The notes under the pieces are model-generated. The model had not been told where the DNA came from. It ran no database searches and saw nothing but the letters and a program-made list of their open reading frames with translations. A DNA stretch of 62,136 nucleotides, filler included, from Platydemus manokwari (lineage: Eukaryota): the NCBI GenBank assembly GCA_037951405.1. It is 5 parts of 5 records of this genome, joined end to end, with 100 filler letters (N's around TTAATTAATTAA, not from the genome) between each part and the next. Parts side by side here need not be neighbours in the genome. Positions count along the whole stretch, not along the records: positions 1 to 11,833 come from JBBMOY010445556.1; positions 11,934 to 21,148 come from JBBMOY011281873.1; 3 more parts are not named here. One strand, given 5' to 3'. Of this stretch, positions 1 through 14,479 are shown in pieces (within the stretch, counting starts at the first letter, position 1; each line of letters begins with the position of its first letter). The translations under genes and the position numbers were made by a program.

Positions 1-80
1 AAGCTTTAAAATGATATATTATATGAATAATTTTCATAAGATCTTCAATTTAATATTTAAAAATGAAAAGCCAATTTTAA

Positions 81-110
81 AAAGGCCATTATTTTTGCAC
101 CAACCTAATA
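81..110 (-). mobile_element. Mariner (cecropia/Hsmar1-like) terminal inverted repeat plus TA target; element extends beyond the window start
   Basis: Reverse complement reads TA-TTAGGTTGGTGCAAAAATAATGG, close to the Hsmar1 TIR as I recall it (TTAGGTTGGTGCAAAAGTAATTGCGG). It abuts a TA inside a MITE copy. Confidence 0.75.
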
Positions 111-336
111 CAATTCGACCTACTTGGAGCCTTGTTTAAATAATCCAATTTTAAGAGATTTTGAAGCTCTAATCTAATTAGCATTTGATTTAAAATAACT
201 AAAATTCTTCTTAAGTACTTAAATAAAAAATTCAAATTGTTTTTAAAGAATATCCTCATATAAACTACATAGATTTTTGCAATACACTTAACAAATTAAA
301 AAATTTATTTTAGGACCCATTTTCTGAACTTTAGCC
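109..336 (+). repeat. MITE family A, copy 1 (3' part only, interrupted by mariner)
   Basis: Aligns by eye with the 3' halves of 19147-19750 and 49100-49695 (caattcgacc...ttttgcaatacact...). Ends in aggacccattttctgaactttagcc. Confidence 0.8.
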
Positions 337-3300
337 GATATCTTAATCAAAATTGAGATATAAAGCCACATCGAAAAATATTATCAGATAAACATTATTA
401 TCCATTATAAACACGGCTTACGATCAGGATATGCACGGGTATTACTGATTTTCGTTCGTATTAAGAAAACTAAATCTACCAAAAAATCTCAGATGATCAG
501 TATATATTTTTAACTCAATATACTAATAATAGTGAATCGATAAAGTGAGAATGCAACCCGCAATTGTAATCAGGCATACACTTTGAAAATATTTTTGTAA
601 AAACTTGAAGTAAATTTTCGATTCGAGAAAAAATTATGTACTGTTCGTGCAATTGAACAATATACAAGATAAATAAAGTTGTTAAATAATTAATTTAGTT
701 CCATCCAATGAAGAATACATTATTAATGTTGATCAGTGATTTATTCCTTCATAATTGATAATCATCACAGTGATATCAGGCAAATTTTTTCAATAATTCT
801 TCTATATTATTAATTTTAATTATCCCCAAAGAAGTAATCATAAAAATGAATCGCAAAATTGAAATCTCTCAACAACTGTTAGTGAAGTTCATCAAAATAC
901 TCATCGCAGAATTGTATTTGTCGGAAAGAAAATAATAATTCATAATTAATAAGAATAACCGATTAAAAATTATTTCTGTGGATAATTCAAAGCCATGAAA
1001 GCAAATAAAATTTTGGAATTATTACAAATGGACAATTTTATTAGATTTATTCCCATTCTTGAAGTCGGAAATTTATAAAATATCACTAATTGGTTTTCTT
1101 AAAAAATTTTTGTTATAAATAAAATTTAATTATTTAAAATAGCCATATTCTGGGTATCATACAAAGAATCTTCGAAATTTCGTTTAAGAAAGATTTCTAT
1201 TTTTAATTTTTATTTTCAAAATTCCAACCATTGTAATTCATATTAAGACAAATTCGTTTATGAAAAATTCGAGAACACATCTCTCCAAACAAACCTTCAT
1301 TGAGTGTGTTCATACAAAGTTTGTAAATGACTCTGATATAACACTTCTTTTGATATGACCTCAAAGAAATAAATCACAAGGCGTTAAGTCGTGCAACCTT
1401 GAGAAAGTAAAATGATTTAATTCATAAACAATTCAAGAATTCTAAAAGTTCGTCAAACGAAATATTTATAATACGACGGTTTACATGATCAAATACGTAC
1501 AAAAGTCAAGCTCCAAATATTAATGAAAGATTAAACTCTTGCATAATTTTGAATCCCTGGAACGTACTTGAGTCTCTTTCTGGTAATGTACGTTGTACAC
1601 AACAATTTCAATCCATTAAGACAACCGCGTTGATTAAGTATTTATATTAATTTACGACATAGACCTGTTATGATATTTTATTTACAATTGACCATCACAA
1701 TATTTTACAGAGACCAAATGATCAAACAATGTTTATGGTGCGAATTTTCTTGTAACTCTCCTACCATTCTCTTATTTCAATGTTTATTGTTGGTGTGCTT
1801 CAATTGATTTTGGAGTTCTATATATGGATAGATATATTGAAAGAATCCGATTAATTATTAGCATATCTACTGGGTAAATTAAATTTTAGTAATTTATATT
1901 TTTATCCAACACAGTTATGATGACTACTTGATTTATCCGTCCGAATAGTTTGTCAGTCAGTAAAAGATATTGTTATAATAAAATGATGAATTTTCACAGA
2001 AACCCATAAAAATAAAAGTTCTTGAAGAAAAGAAAAATTATAGATTTTGAGAACAATTTCATTTTAAGAATTGAGAGGAACTAAAGATTTTCAAAAACTA
2101 TGAAGACAGTATCAACCATTTTATTGACAAAATTAGCAACTGTAATAACATTATTATTGTACTTATCATTACGTGATTGGTCATATGGTTTTTCGGTAGC
2201 ACTTCCACTTGACACAGATCTCTCAATTAATGATGGAAATCACTTGGAAATCGATTAATTTTCCGTAAAAATCATCAAAAAGTTAGTGCACTTCGCACCA
2301 GTCCATGTTTTGTAAAATGTATTTGCTATAAATAACGACATTGGTTTATCAATTAATAATTAAAAATTTTAATGTTAGTAGATATTATTCCTTCAGGCAT
2401 ACATTATTAAAACTTCTCTTGGAAGTATTTTAATTTGCTTAAGTAATTTGATTTTAATCAATAAAATCTACCGAACGTTTTAAAAAGGGAATTAGATAAT
2501 TCTACTAACATGTACGATATCGATACCACAATCAAAGACTATGCATTGACTGCATCCATTCCATTGTCCAAAATTATCATATAATATAAATAGAAGCAGG
2601 AATTTCTTCGCTAAATGCAACAAAACTTTTTTCGGAAAATCTATGTCAAAATATTATATAATAAAAATGCCATATACTAAAATTGATATAAATTAATATT
2701 CGTGCATTTTATGGTCTTTGGAGGCCGCTAACTTAGGATATTCATATCGTCTTTGATCGAGAAGATATTTCAGGGTTTCAATCGCTAGTAATTTATTAAT
2801 CGAATGAATTAGGAATATCTATTTGTGCAAATTAAAATACTCAATAAAAATCTTAAATTGTATATCAGAGTACTTCTGTGGAACTTCTCAGTGAAAAACT
2901 TGTCATGAAATAATCCGGATATTGGATTGATTTATTCAATTACTTAAGTGTGTCGAAAAAGTAAAATCATGTAATGAAAATATGGTAGAATGTGATCTTT
3001 ATAATCAGCTAAGCTTGCAATAAAAATAACAGAAAATAAAGCAATTCAAAAATATAATCAAAGCTATAATTGATTCTTCGAAATAGAAGCAGTCTATGGC
3101 CTTAATATCAAAACAGAAAACACTGTCATCAACAAAAATCATTACGAATTAAAAAATTGGATTACTATAAAATAACATTATTTCTAAACACATGAAAAAG
3201 TTTGTATATTTTGATTACTTCACTGCACAGCTTATCCATTATCTAGAATTTTATTCAATGCTAGTATTTCATTAAATTCGAATAGAAAATGAATTCAAAA

Positions 3301-4934
3301 AGTTCGCCCCAAAAGATTATTTCACAAAAATTTTCAAACAAATTATTTGAAGGAATTTTTAATTCTTTATTTTATTCAAAATTTTATTAAAATAAAATTT
3401 TTCAAAACTAACAAATACGACAAAATAAAAAGTACGGTTGATAGTTTTGAAGGTTTTCTGTTATCTTATATGTATTTTAAAAATCAAATTAAAATCAAAT
3501 TAAAATCCTAAATACTATGCTACGAAACCAAATAATTTACCAATGAGTCTATTTGTGCTGATGGAAAGAAACGAATCGAATTCGATAATCAATGGATCGA
3601 ATGGTATTTGGTTAAGATATTATAATTTATAAATTTAATTGTCTGTAAAACCTTTTGTTATTCTTTGATATAATGATTTATATATTATCAGAGGATTATT
3701 CAGATTAAATAATTCACATTAACTCCAATCTTTTTTTATTGGGGAATTGTTGAAAAATATTGTAAGAATTAAATAAATTACTTCAATTTTAACTGAAATT
3801 ATTTTAAATTAAAACTTATTGACCTAGATCTACGCCATAATCCGAAAATGTTAAAAATCAAATTATAGCAATTAGATATAAATGCCGGTTATATGAAAGT
3901 GATCATGTTAGTGTGGTTGCTGTAAGTTCTGATATGATGAGGACAAACAAAATAAAATATTATAAATTATTTAAACATATGGAATAAAATGTATAACTCC
4001 TGTGGTTTCCTCTTATTAATTATTTTTCGTATATTTCTTATGATTTTATTAATTATTTGGTGTTAAGAAGTTGACTGCTACTATTTCATTAAACACGCCT
4101 TAAAAACGATTTAAAAGTTCACCATATAAGCAAAATAATAACTAATCGCAAAATTAAAATAAAATAAGCTTTGGATATTATTAATATTAATAATAATAAT
4201 AATAACAATAATAACAAAAAAATAATATCAATAATAACAATACTACTAATACTACAAAATCAGCCAAAATGTTTACAGAACCAGAGAAATAACCCTTAAA
4301 AGGGTTGGCACACACATCCACTAAACGCACATGTTTAACAGCCAATCAGATTATTTCTAATATTGATCCATGATTAGAAGTTAAAAATTGACTCAACGAT
4401 TATTTAGAACTCAATGACAACTCCATGATTGTATTTTTGCTATAATATAGACTATTTTCTAATATTCATATTCAGAAATACTATAACCTTCAAATCAGTC
4501 AGTGACTCGTAGAATCAAATATTTGTTTAGTAGAATATGAAAGCACTTCAACTAATGATATGATAAAATAATGTCATTCTAACAAAATCACTAAACAATA
4601 GAAAACTAATCAAAAATAAAATCATATTGAATTTTCAATAAAGACAATTTAAAGCAAAATATGAATCATGGAATAATCCATTTATCGTTGAAGGAAATAC
4701 TGATATTATGGACCAAGGGCGCTTTATTTATATGAAAATATTCTACAAAAAAAGATTCTGATATAAATTATAATTAAAATTGATTTTATAAATCAATTGA
4801 TTTATTATTAATGTCGTATTTTGTTTTAATATGGTTTATATTATGTATCCCCTATCACACTCAAGCCGGATTTATTTTCGTTAGTTATTGTGGATTGAAT
4901 GAAATTGAATTGATGATTATTTTGTATTTTTAAG

Positions 4935-5000
4935 GACAACGATACAGTTTATAATTACACCTGTACTTCATTAGTTACAGATGTGATAAAAATTTCAAAA
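4935..5000 (+). CDS. Candidate internal exon (DNDTVYNYTCTSLVTDVIKISK) of an unidentified gene
   Basis: tttttaag acceptor, GTAAGT donor, 66 nt, open in phase 0/0. Confidence 0.4.
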
Positions 5001-7176
5001 GTAAGTTAAACTAATAATAGTCCAAAATATAGTACTTTTGATTTTAAATATTAATCTATTCCAAGTATTTTAACGAAATTAATTTTGTAATTAATGTTTT
5101 AAAAAAACGAAATTGCAACCATAAATGCTATTTACAACAATTTTATAATCATCTAGAAACGAGTTAAATTTCATAAAAATAAACGTGATATTAAGTTATA
5201 TATTAATATGTGGTGTTTTCTATGCAGGACTATAAATCATAATTAGATTCATTAAACTGATGCAATACGCTGTTTCTATTTCGTGTTTTTGGAATATCTA
5301 ACTTAGTATGAAGACTAGGTTTGGCTTATTTAAATCGTTTAAATGACACATTATACAAATGAACGAGCCTTCTATGTTGGGTAGAATTATGAATGATAAT
5401 CACTGAAAGGAGAGAATGAGTAATTGAATTAAGCCTCATACACTCATTAAATAGGATCCTTTTGGAACGTCCTTAGAATCCATTTGTTCATTCAACATGT
5501 TAGTTGCCATAATTTCTTCATTTTTGAGATTAAAATCAGAAGTCATGTTTATAACAGAACAAAATACATTAGTCAATACATCAATTCTCAAACAAATATA
5601 AAATTTAATTCATCTGATTTGCCTTCATTTTTAATCCAAATATAAAAATTCCTACTTTATTATATTACATCTTATCTTCATTTTAATTTTATTTAAATAG
5701 TTTAAATATTTAGTTTAGTTCTTTATTTTAGTAAGATCCTTTTATAAATATTATTATGATATATTTATTTTTAATTAATTTTTTTTTCAAATATCGTTTG
5801 ACTCAATTTTTAATAATTTTAATCTTATGTAAATTTCTATTATTTATCGTATTTTTAATTAAACCTCACATAGCACATTATCGAAATTGCAAAAATATTC
5901 CGTCTCCATAAATAATTCACACCGTATGTATGAAGGTTAACATGTTTATTTTTTAAACGATAAAAAAAACCTTTATAGTCTGCTTAGTGATGTTTAACTG
6001 AGTAATGTTATGTGGAGATATTCTCAGCAATATGATTGCAACTGCTTTATTATTGAATGTCATGCAACATCCTCTTCACTTCTTTCGATCAAACTATAAT
6101 TCGAATTATAAAATAATTATATTCAGAGTTATGTCTTTTAATGAGCCTCGTTTTTCAAAATTTGATTATTAGTAATAAAAATAAAAATTATTTTTCAAAT
6201 AATTTTCAATGCATGTTAGTTTTAACCAATGTTTTATTTTTAATCATTCACTTGATTCGGTAAATTTTCTAACAGAGCTGCAGAATCTAAAAGATTCTTT
6301 GGTCAAAATTGAATCAAATTACTCGATTTTCGTCGATTAATATATCTCATATAACCTTTTGAAATATTTGAATATCTTTCTTTTAATTTTGATGAATATC
6401 ACATTCTAAAAGCTCATGAATTAATTCTTTAAAAAAATTGATATTGCTGTCGTTGAATATTCAATTTAAAATTGGATGACATACAGACTTTGATACTTTC
6501 CAAAGTTATTAATGATTTGTCTTCGATTTTATGTAACAGCCTCAAGCCGTAGCTTTCGGTTATATTACCCCTAGTTTTATAACGATAAATAGTTTTTGAA
6601 TAATAATTTTCTTAATCTCAAGTTATCTGTTTATTAGATGATAATTTTCATATTAGCGGTATTTTCCAACAATGCTTTCTTTATTAATTGCAGATATTGT
6701 TTAAAATTATACCCCCAAAAATTTGCTGAACGAATATTTTTGAGAAATAAAAATCACAAATGATAAATCGATTTTATTTAAATGAAACTGCAAAATAAAT
6801 TATTAAATACATTACATTGATATTTATGCTGTTTAAAAATTTTAATTTATATAATGTACTCTGTTCACTGACATGATTAATATAATCTTACTTGATCAGC
6901 ATTATTAATACATACAATCTAATTTTTTTCCTGATTTCAAGGAATGAAAGAGGGGTGGGTATTTAACTCAGAAAATAGTTTGAATAAATGTGGAAATTTT
7001 GTTCACACATGAAGCTATATACAATGTTTCTGAGGATCTTGCAGTTTTTTGTTGATAGAAAATATATTAATGATTTATAATAATGAACTATATCAAACAA
7101 CATGTTTTAATATTTGGTATTTATTTCAAAATGAGCACCGTTTGGATCTACTTCTGAACAACTGGATAACAACTGA

Positions 7177-7620
7177 CTCCAAAATCCGAAGGTGATAAAC
7201 TTTATTTCTGATCCGCCTACTATTCAGTACGACTCACGAAATAACATAAATAAAGTTAAACTTGATTAACAACTAATACTCGTATTACTCAAACGTAACC
7301 AAAACCTGGCTTCCAACTGACATTTGGCCATCTTTACATCGGTATTTATATTTGAGATCTGTGTATAATTTTTGTTTGAATAATATTTTGATTTGATTTT
7401 TACTTTTCCATGTTTCTTTTGGGCTCATCAGTTTTTATGTGAGTTGGATTGGTCAATTCATATGTGCGTGTTCCTGTGTGACTACCATCTATCTTCGTTG
7501 TGATTGGTTGAGTGCCATATCTGTATGGTCATGTAGGTATGCAAATGTTTAAAGTACTAAAACAAGGGTTCCAAGGTGCAAATCCATTTTCTTTTGAAAG
7601 ATTTCATCTCACTCAACAGT
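7177..7620. repeat. Dispersed repeat B, copy 1 (unclassified, probably a retroelement fragment)
   Basis: Collinear similarity to 12910-13355, e.g. caaatgtttaaag...aaacaagg.ttccaaggtgcaaatc and aaaacctgg.ttccaact.aca.ttggcca. Confidence 0.75.
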
Positions 7621-10193
7621 CCTGCAGATGAATTTTAAATTCTAATTTCCTCGCTTTATGTAATATTATAAATCTGTTACTGATTGCCAAAATTTTAACA
7701 TAAGCTTCAAAAAAAATTTCTTATAATTTTTTCTAAATAATTTATTGATTTATCAAAAATAATTGGTAAAAAAATTAAAAATTGGATAAAACGAGTTTTC
7801 AATTTGAAAACCAAAAAAATAAATTTCATTTCAATTGATTCATTTTGTTTAAAAATCAATTTCATCTCACCATGCTAGCAATTTCTTTTTCTGAAAATGC
7901 ATTCTTTTATTGAAGATATAATTTCCAACAAATAATCCATTCCAACTACTAAACTTAGTAATAAATCCCATCAATCTCAGTATATTATTTCAATATAGAA
8001 ATTTACCGCAATTTTTGACAATTCGTTTTTTTTGTGGATGTTATCAGTTAATTGGCAAACGAATAGTTTATTATATTTGTTATTTAACTAAATAATTATT
8101 TATCGATATTTATTTTATAGCATTATGGTAAAATGTAGCGAAAATTTCGGAAATGTTATAATGAAATTCAATGAGATTGGTTTATGGAATTATAATTTAA
8201 TAATATTACTTATTTCAGTAAAATTGAATTATCAGTTACGAATGTTTCCTGGTTTGTTATTGACAATCATCATAGGTTATTCACCGAAAGTTTGGTTTTA
8301 TTGAATAGAATTCAAATCCATCTTATAAGAAACTCTAAGGTCATTTAACTTAATTTTTTTAATCTTCCAACAAAAAATTTCATTTTTTAAACTTAATCAA
8401 ACGTATTAATTCGACAGAATTTGTAAAATACGCTGAGGCCTTTATTTCTATGTGACTTGAATGTTTTTGTAATTGGTGTTTATAATTTATTTGATACGTT
8501 TTTGGGATACTCTCTTTTATGGTTTTATTATTCTTTCTTTTAATTGAACGATTCTACGTCTTATCAGAACTCTGAGTCCGTCTTGACCCTCAGGTAGTAA
8601 CTATACCTTATGAAATTTATTATTTGTTCGCCTCGACGATCACAACTTATATGGAGATAAGTGGATCGGCGTAGAAATCGATATTTGAATTTGATTTTAA
8701 TCTCTTTGCCTCTAATTCTACTTTCTTCACTTTTATTATCAGTCTCTATTATTATCTTATTACACTAAATTACTCCCAAATCGGTGATGAATGATATTGA
8801 AATATATACTATGTAACGATGATACCTTATGTCAATTGGTAGTTCAGAAGTCAACTCGATATTGGGTTTATGAATGTTTATTATTATTATAATTATACAC
8901 CAATTACTACTTTTATACAATTATGGGGCTATGAATTACTACTTTTACTGTATTGTATACAGTTATTAACAATGAATACAATATTCAATTGATTTTACTA
9001 CTACTTATATAATTCAAAAGCTGGATTAATTCGATGTGCAAGTTCTATGGAAGCAGATGTTGGACAAAGCAGTTACCCTTCGTGCTATTGGGCCAATCTC
9101 CTTTTCTTCAGAGGTTTTTTCGAGCTTGGCTATATAAATAGGAAGAATATGCGAGATAAATAAGGAAATATGTATTTTACAGTAATTACTCTTACATGAT
9201 CTCGACTTCGGATGAACAGTATAATTAATTACTCTTCCTATAAAATTATAGGGCATAAGCTGGAACACACTGCTTCAGAGAGATTGGCGGCTTCAATGGC
9301 AAAAATTTATCTTCTTATTGACGAATCTTCACAACACACAATTCTAGTGGTTTCTTCTAAACGGACAAAAGACGTATGATGTTCTACTGCCTTATATACG
9401 TTTTCGTAAACAATGGGATTTTATTCGGGCTGAATAAAATATGCAGGTGGCTTTTCATTTTAATTGTGACGATTTCTCACAATTCAAAGGAATTATCTCT
9501 CTGCCTTAGTTGCCATGCGGATTTTATTGTTTGGTAATATTTTTATATGCGGGTAATTTCTGGAGAAATAGGGGTTTAAAAGTTGACAATTTTTAGTCGT
9601 TAAGAGAAATTTGAAAATAATTAACTTATTTTCATTTTAATTAATTTCTATTTTACCAATTTTTTTTCAAATTTTAACCAAAAATTAACTAAATTTTTAT
9701 CCTAAATTAAACTAAAAAATTAATTTATCCTAAATTAAAATACAATTTTTGGTAAACTATTATTATTATTAACACTATTATTAACAACTAAAAAATACCT
9801 AGATTATTTTTCAAGGGATTAAAATTTCTGCTTCGAAAAATAAGCGAAAAATAATAAGATGAAATTTGCACATCGGAATATTATTATATTTACAAAAACG
9901 ATAAAAATACTACTACTATACACCAAAATCAATAGCATGCACAAATGTTTCATTGTCTTTTCTCGGAACCCCAACATATTTATGAATATATTTTATTATT
10001 TATATTTAATAAATATATATTGTTTTCAACAATTACCATTCATCAGTAAATCTTAATTATTTCAATAAATGTTTAATCTAAATTAATATCTGATTCAGAA
10101 TATATTCGATATAAAATCATACATTCAGTAAAATAAGAAAAGATATTTCAATAAGCATGTATGTTGTAATTACAGAGACATTTTTTAATACAG

Positions 10194-10256
10194 AATTTCT
10201 TGAATTTTACATCATCACATTACCGTTGCGTCTGTATTGCTTTGGTTGCTGGTTAA
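10194..10256 (+). CDS. Candidate terminal exon (NFLNFTSSHYRCVCIALVAG*), phase-compatible with 4935-5000
   Basis: tttaatacag acceptor, 20 codons then TAA, AATAAA immediately following. The joined peptide weakly resembles a UCH-L1/L3 C-terminus. Confidence 0.35.
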   Translation, partial: NFLNFTSSHYRCVCIALVAG

Positions 10257-11339
10257 ATAAATTGAGTAATCCATGGAGAAATGATTCTGTTTCAATTACG
10301 AAATTAGAATTTTCGAAATTTCAATCTGAATACTATTTTTAGTTTAAAATAAATTTTAAAATAATAAAATGAAATAAACTTTCTACGTACAACACTAAAT
10401 TTGAAATTTATTATTCAAGATTAACAATATTTCGACTTTTTGTGCCTTCCTTTCAACGGCTTATATTAACAGATTTGATATTTTGAAATCAATCATGAAA
10501 TTGTATTGATTTTCTACCATTTATTAAATATTTGTTTATAAGTTTGTTACCTCAAACAATTTCAAAATAAATGATAGAAAGTCAATCTAATTTTATTATT
10601 ACATGAAATCTTATTAGGAGTCGAAATATTTTTAATAGAAAAGAAGTCTGTAATTTTGTGTTTTGATTTATAAGCTTATTAACAGTTACTAATTCATTAC
10701 TTACAAATGAAAACGAATTTTAAAAGCCTAAGCCCAAAAGTATATACAACCAACACATGTAAACAAATTATTTAAAGGCATTTATCATAATTTTTTAAAT
10801 AACTTAAAATAAATTGTTAATACTTGAAAATCCTCATACAACTGTTTTTGGTTGTTAATAAGTATTGAAATATTACCGTGAACTAGAGGTGTGATGTAAT
10901 ATTGAGATATAATATTAAGATATTTATACCAAATTATCCATTTATTTTCCTAAATAAACAAATGAAAATTAAGTATTTAAAAGTACAAAAATAAATTTTT
11001 TATTAACATTTAAATGACTTGATGTTGTTGAATTATTTACAAAACACACATGAGGATACCAGCAAATAGACCTCCTTCATGTTAAATAGTACTATGAGTG
11101 TATAATTCCATAACTCGCTGATAAATGAACTTCATTACTTCCATAGTTTTTCATCACATATGTTGTAGTCAACTGGAATTTCCAAAGTTGAAAATGTTCT
11201 AAACGTTGAAACCATATTAATTAGTTGAATATTTGCATTTCTTAATGTCCTCAGATTTTAATAATTTTATTGTTAATGACATTTAATTATCATTTTTCTA
11301 TGTCATATAACCCAAAAATTTAATTAATTTATGTAATAG

Positions 11340-11710
11340 AATATAGATCACTTATGATATCTGTTTTCTTTTGGAGGAATTTCTGCCTATCATATAGACT
11401 TATATTGAGTACAACCAATGGCCTGGTTGTCAAATTAAATATAATGAATTACTTTTACTCTTTATTCAAAAGCTTTCATCAATTTTAAAAAAATTTCGTC
11501 ATTGCAATTACTATTTTATGTTATAGAAGCAGTTTAAGAAGATATTTGAAATAATTTCCGGTCGGACCGTTCCCGTAATTATAAGATTTTCAAATGTTTC
11601 TGATGAACGAGGAATTTATAAACTGATATGTTCTAGCTCTCACAACATGATTATTCTGAGCAAATATTACATAGGAATAATTGGCAAACACAGTAAACTT
11701 TATCATTATT
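11340..11710 (-). mobile_element. Highly degenerate non-LTR (LINE) reverse transcriptase remnant
   Basis: Minus-strand fragments SLLCLP (PISLL-like) and LMKAFE (DLxKAFD-like) occur in the expected order, with many stops and frameshifts. Confidence 0.3.
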
Positions 11711-11833
11711 TAAATTTTTATATTGTTAATAGCTGTCAAATTAAAATAAAACAACCACAAAAACATAAATAATAATGATCATAGTAATATAACAATACAT
11801 GATAATTAACAATAATAATAATAATAATAATAA

Positions 11834-11933
11834 NNNNNNNNNNNNNNNNNNNNNNNNNNNNNNNNNNNNNNNNNNNNTTAATTAATTAANNNNNNNNNNN
11901 NNNNNNNNNNNNNNNNNNNNNNNNNNNNNNNNN
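11834..11933. other. Artificial assembly spacer N44-TTAATTAATTAA-N44
   Basis: Identical 100-nt pattern occurs four times. The palindromic 12-mer has stops in all six frames. Confidence 0.95.
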
Positions 11934-12909
11934 ATATATATATATATATTAAAAGTTCGAATATTGACAATTTGATTAATGAATATTCAATGTTAGTGGA
12001 TATCTTTAAAACATATAAAATAGTTGAGAAACGGAGTCAGATCTAAACAGCTAATTTTGCTGTAATTTAAAATTAAGCAATTATTGTAAAGGTATGTAAT
12101 ATACAATGGCCATTGTATATACTTATTTATATATTACATACCTTTACAATAATTGCTTAATCAATCTCCATCTCAATAGTTCCTTTCAAGTCCAGGTAGT
12201 AATGGACCTAATGTTTTTGATCTTCTTTCGATTCTATCACTTTGTCTCTCATGAGAACGAAGTAACTTGCATTGGACAATTTTTGTTTGTATTATGTCTC
12301 CTATATGTCTCGACGCAACATCACTTTAATATTGCTTTATTGGTAATTTCTTTGAACCACAATCACTGTTTATTAAAAGATGGTGGGGTTATACTAAAAA
12401 TGATAGTTTTACAATACAATGAGATATTTTCTTTTGCTATCAAAACTACGCTTATAATTTAAAACGTTGATTTTGAAGTAATTATAATTATAACAATTAA
12501 ACAACAATTTTTACAATGCTAATATATAATGAAATAACAAGATTGATAAAAGAATCTTTTGGAAGAAGGTGGTTAATATTCTCCCAGAAGAAATAAAACT
12601 GGTTATACTAAGAATTTAAGTTAACTCGGTAGATATGGATAATTTACGAACAAATGAATGTAATAATATAATTTTAAGGGAAAAGTATTTAACATTTTAG
12701 TAAAGATTTTTCTATGGAAATTGAAAATGTTGAATTTTCAAGCATGTGAACTGGTCATATTTTTTTCGAGGTTTTTAATAAATATGTCTTCTGACTATTG
12801 TCTTTTTAAAACTGATAGTTAGTTATAGTTCTCCGAACAGGTAGATTTAAAGCTTCTTTTTCGTTGTAAGGAACTGTTGGAAAAATTTTGAACAATTGAC
12901 TATTTGCTG

Positions 12910-13355
12910 AATCCAAAAAATTGAAGGATGGCTTTATTTCAACTGCGTACCACTCAATACGACTTAGGAAATAAATACACTAAACATGCATCGCAAAACA
13001 TAAACAAAACCTGGATTCCAACTCACAGTTGGCCACTTTTACATCGATATTTATATTCAAGATCTGTTTGTTATTTTTTGTGTCATGTTTTATCACATTT
13101 TGATTTAGTTTCTGTTTTTCATATTCCTATTAGGGTTTTAGTTTTTGCATGAGTGAAATTGGTCAATCCCTATTTGTGTGTTGGTGTATGGCTATGCCTC
13201 TTTTTCCGATTGTCATTTACCATCTAACTCAAGTGTTATTGGCTGGTTGCTTTGCCAGTATGGTTGTTTAGGCATACAAATGTTTAAAGCGCTTAAACAA
13301 GGTTTCCAAGGTGCAAATCAGTTTTTCTTTTGCAGAATTTCACATCACTCAACAG
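12910..13355. repeat. Dispersed repeat B, copy 2
   Basis: Collinear with 7177-7620. Confidence 0.75.
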
Positions 13356-14479
13356 AGCAATCCATTGTTGGCCCATTTATACTAGGATGTTCACAATGAG
13401 TTTTATTATTTTATTGTTAAAAATTTTTCTTAATGGAATAAATGCATTCAATTTAATTCAAATGTAGAGTAATATTTGTTGTCAACCGAGTTTGGAATTA
13501 TATTCATTACATTCGGAATTCTTTTAATAGTGGGCTTTAATTATTAAAAATTCATTTAAAATTAAAGATATTAAAATATACTTCACAATGTTTGGTTTTG
13601 CAATTTGAATTTCATAGATATTTTCACAAATAAAAATTTCATGGACCATCAATATTTTATCAGAATCTTTAACCTAAAACCCCAACAAAATCAGAACAAT
13701 AAATATTCTTAGACATCTACAAGCATCAAATACAGTAAATTATTATTATCATTATTATTGTTTTTTGATTGCAACCAATAGTATCAATAGATATGCAAGC
13801 CGAAATCATTTTTCATTTAAAATGCAAACATGAATAACTAAAAAGTTGAATATTTCTACTTTAATGATTTTACCGTTAAACACAACTTTTATATAATTAT
13901 TTAACAATCTTGTGGTTTTATAAACTCACGTAGGTTATAAATATTAAGACACTGTTCTTTAATACACTCTTAATGGTCTCTCGACTGAAACTGGTCTTTA
14001 AAGATGTTATATAATTAGATTTTGTAAATAGAGATTCACATTTTAATTATTTGTGTCGTCTTATACAATCCTGAGTTGAGTGGGATTTATTTTGAAATAA
14101 AATTTTATTTCAAACAAAACGTGAGATTTCCAAGAAAATCATCACTGAATCTCAATTGTTTCATTATGAATGAACAAAAATATAATTTTCAAACAAAATT
14201 TTCTTCAGTTTTAATTCAAATGAACTGGATACTTGCCATGATTTATGGTGAAAACAAATTAATCAAGAGACTGTTTTTAATAATCGTCATGTTATAATTA
14301 TTTCAATATGAATGAAGAGTGGGAAAATGTGTCATTATATTCTTGTATTTTCATTTTCAAAAACAAAGTTGTACAAACAGGTTTTCCTTGCTCACAAAAT
14401 GTTTGTATAGATTGAATTGGAATTCTCTCTTGAATTAATCACGTATTTTTATTTTATTGAGTCAAAAAAAGATCATTAA

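Noticed and set aside
1711-1950. Exon-like segments around a 41-nt GT-AG interval
   Set aside because: All frames contain stops, and the region has LINE-like fragments instead.
3541-3602. Coding-looking peptide TNESICADGKKRIEFDNQWIE
   Set aside because: No acceptor found, phase-incompatible with the 4935 exon, and too short to assign.
11878-11889. Recurring palindrome TTAATTAATTAA at ~10 kb spacing as a biological repeat or CRISPR-like array
   Set aside because: Always centred in exactly 44+44 Ns; an assembly linker.
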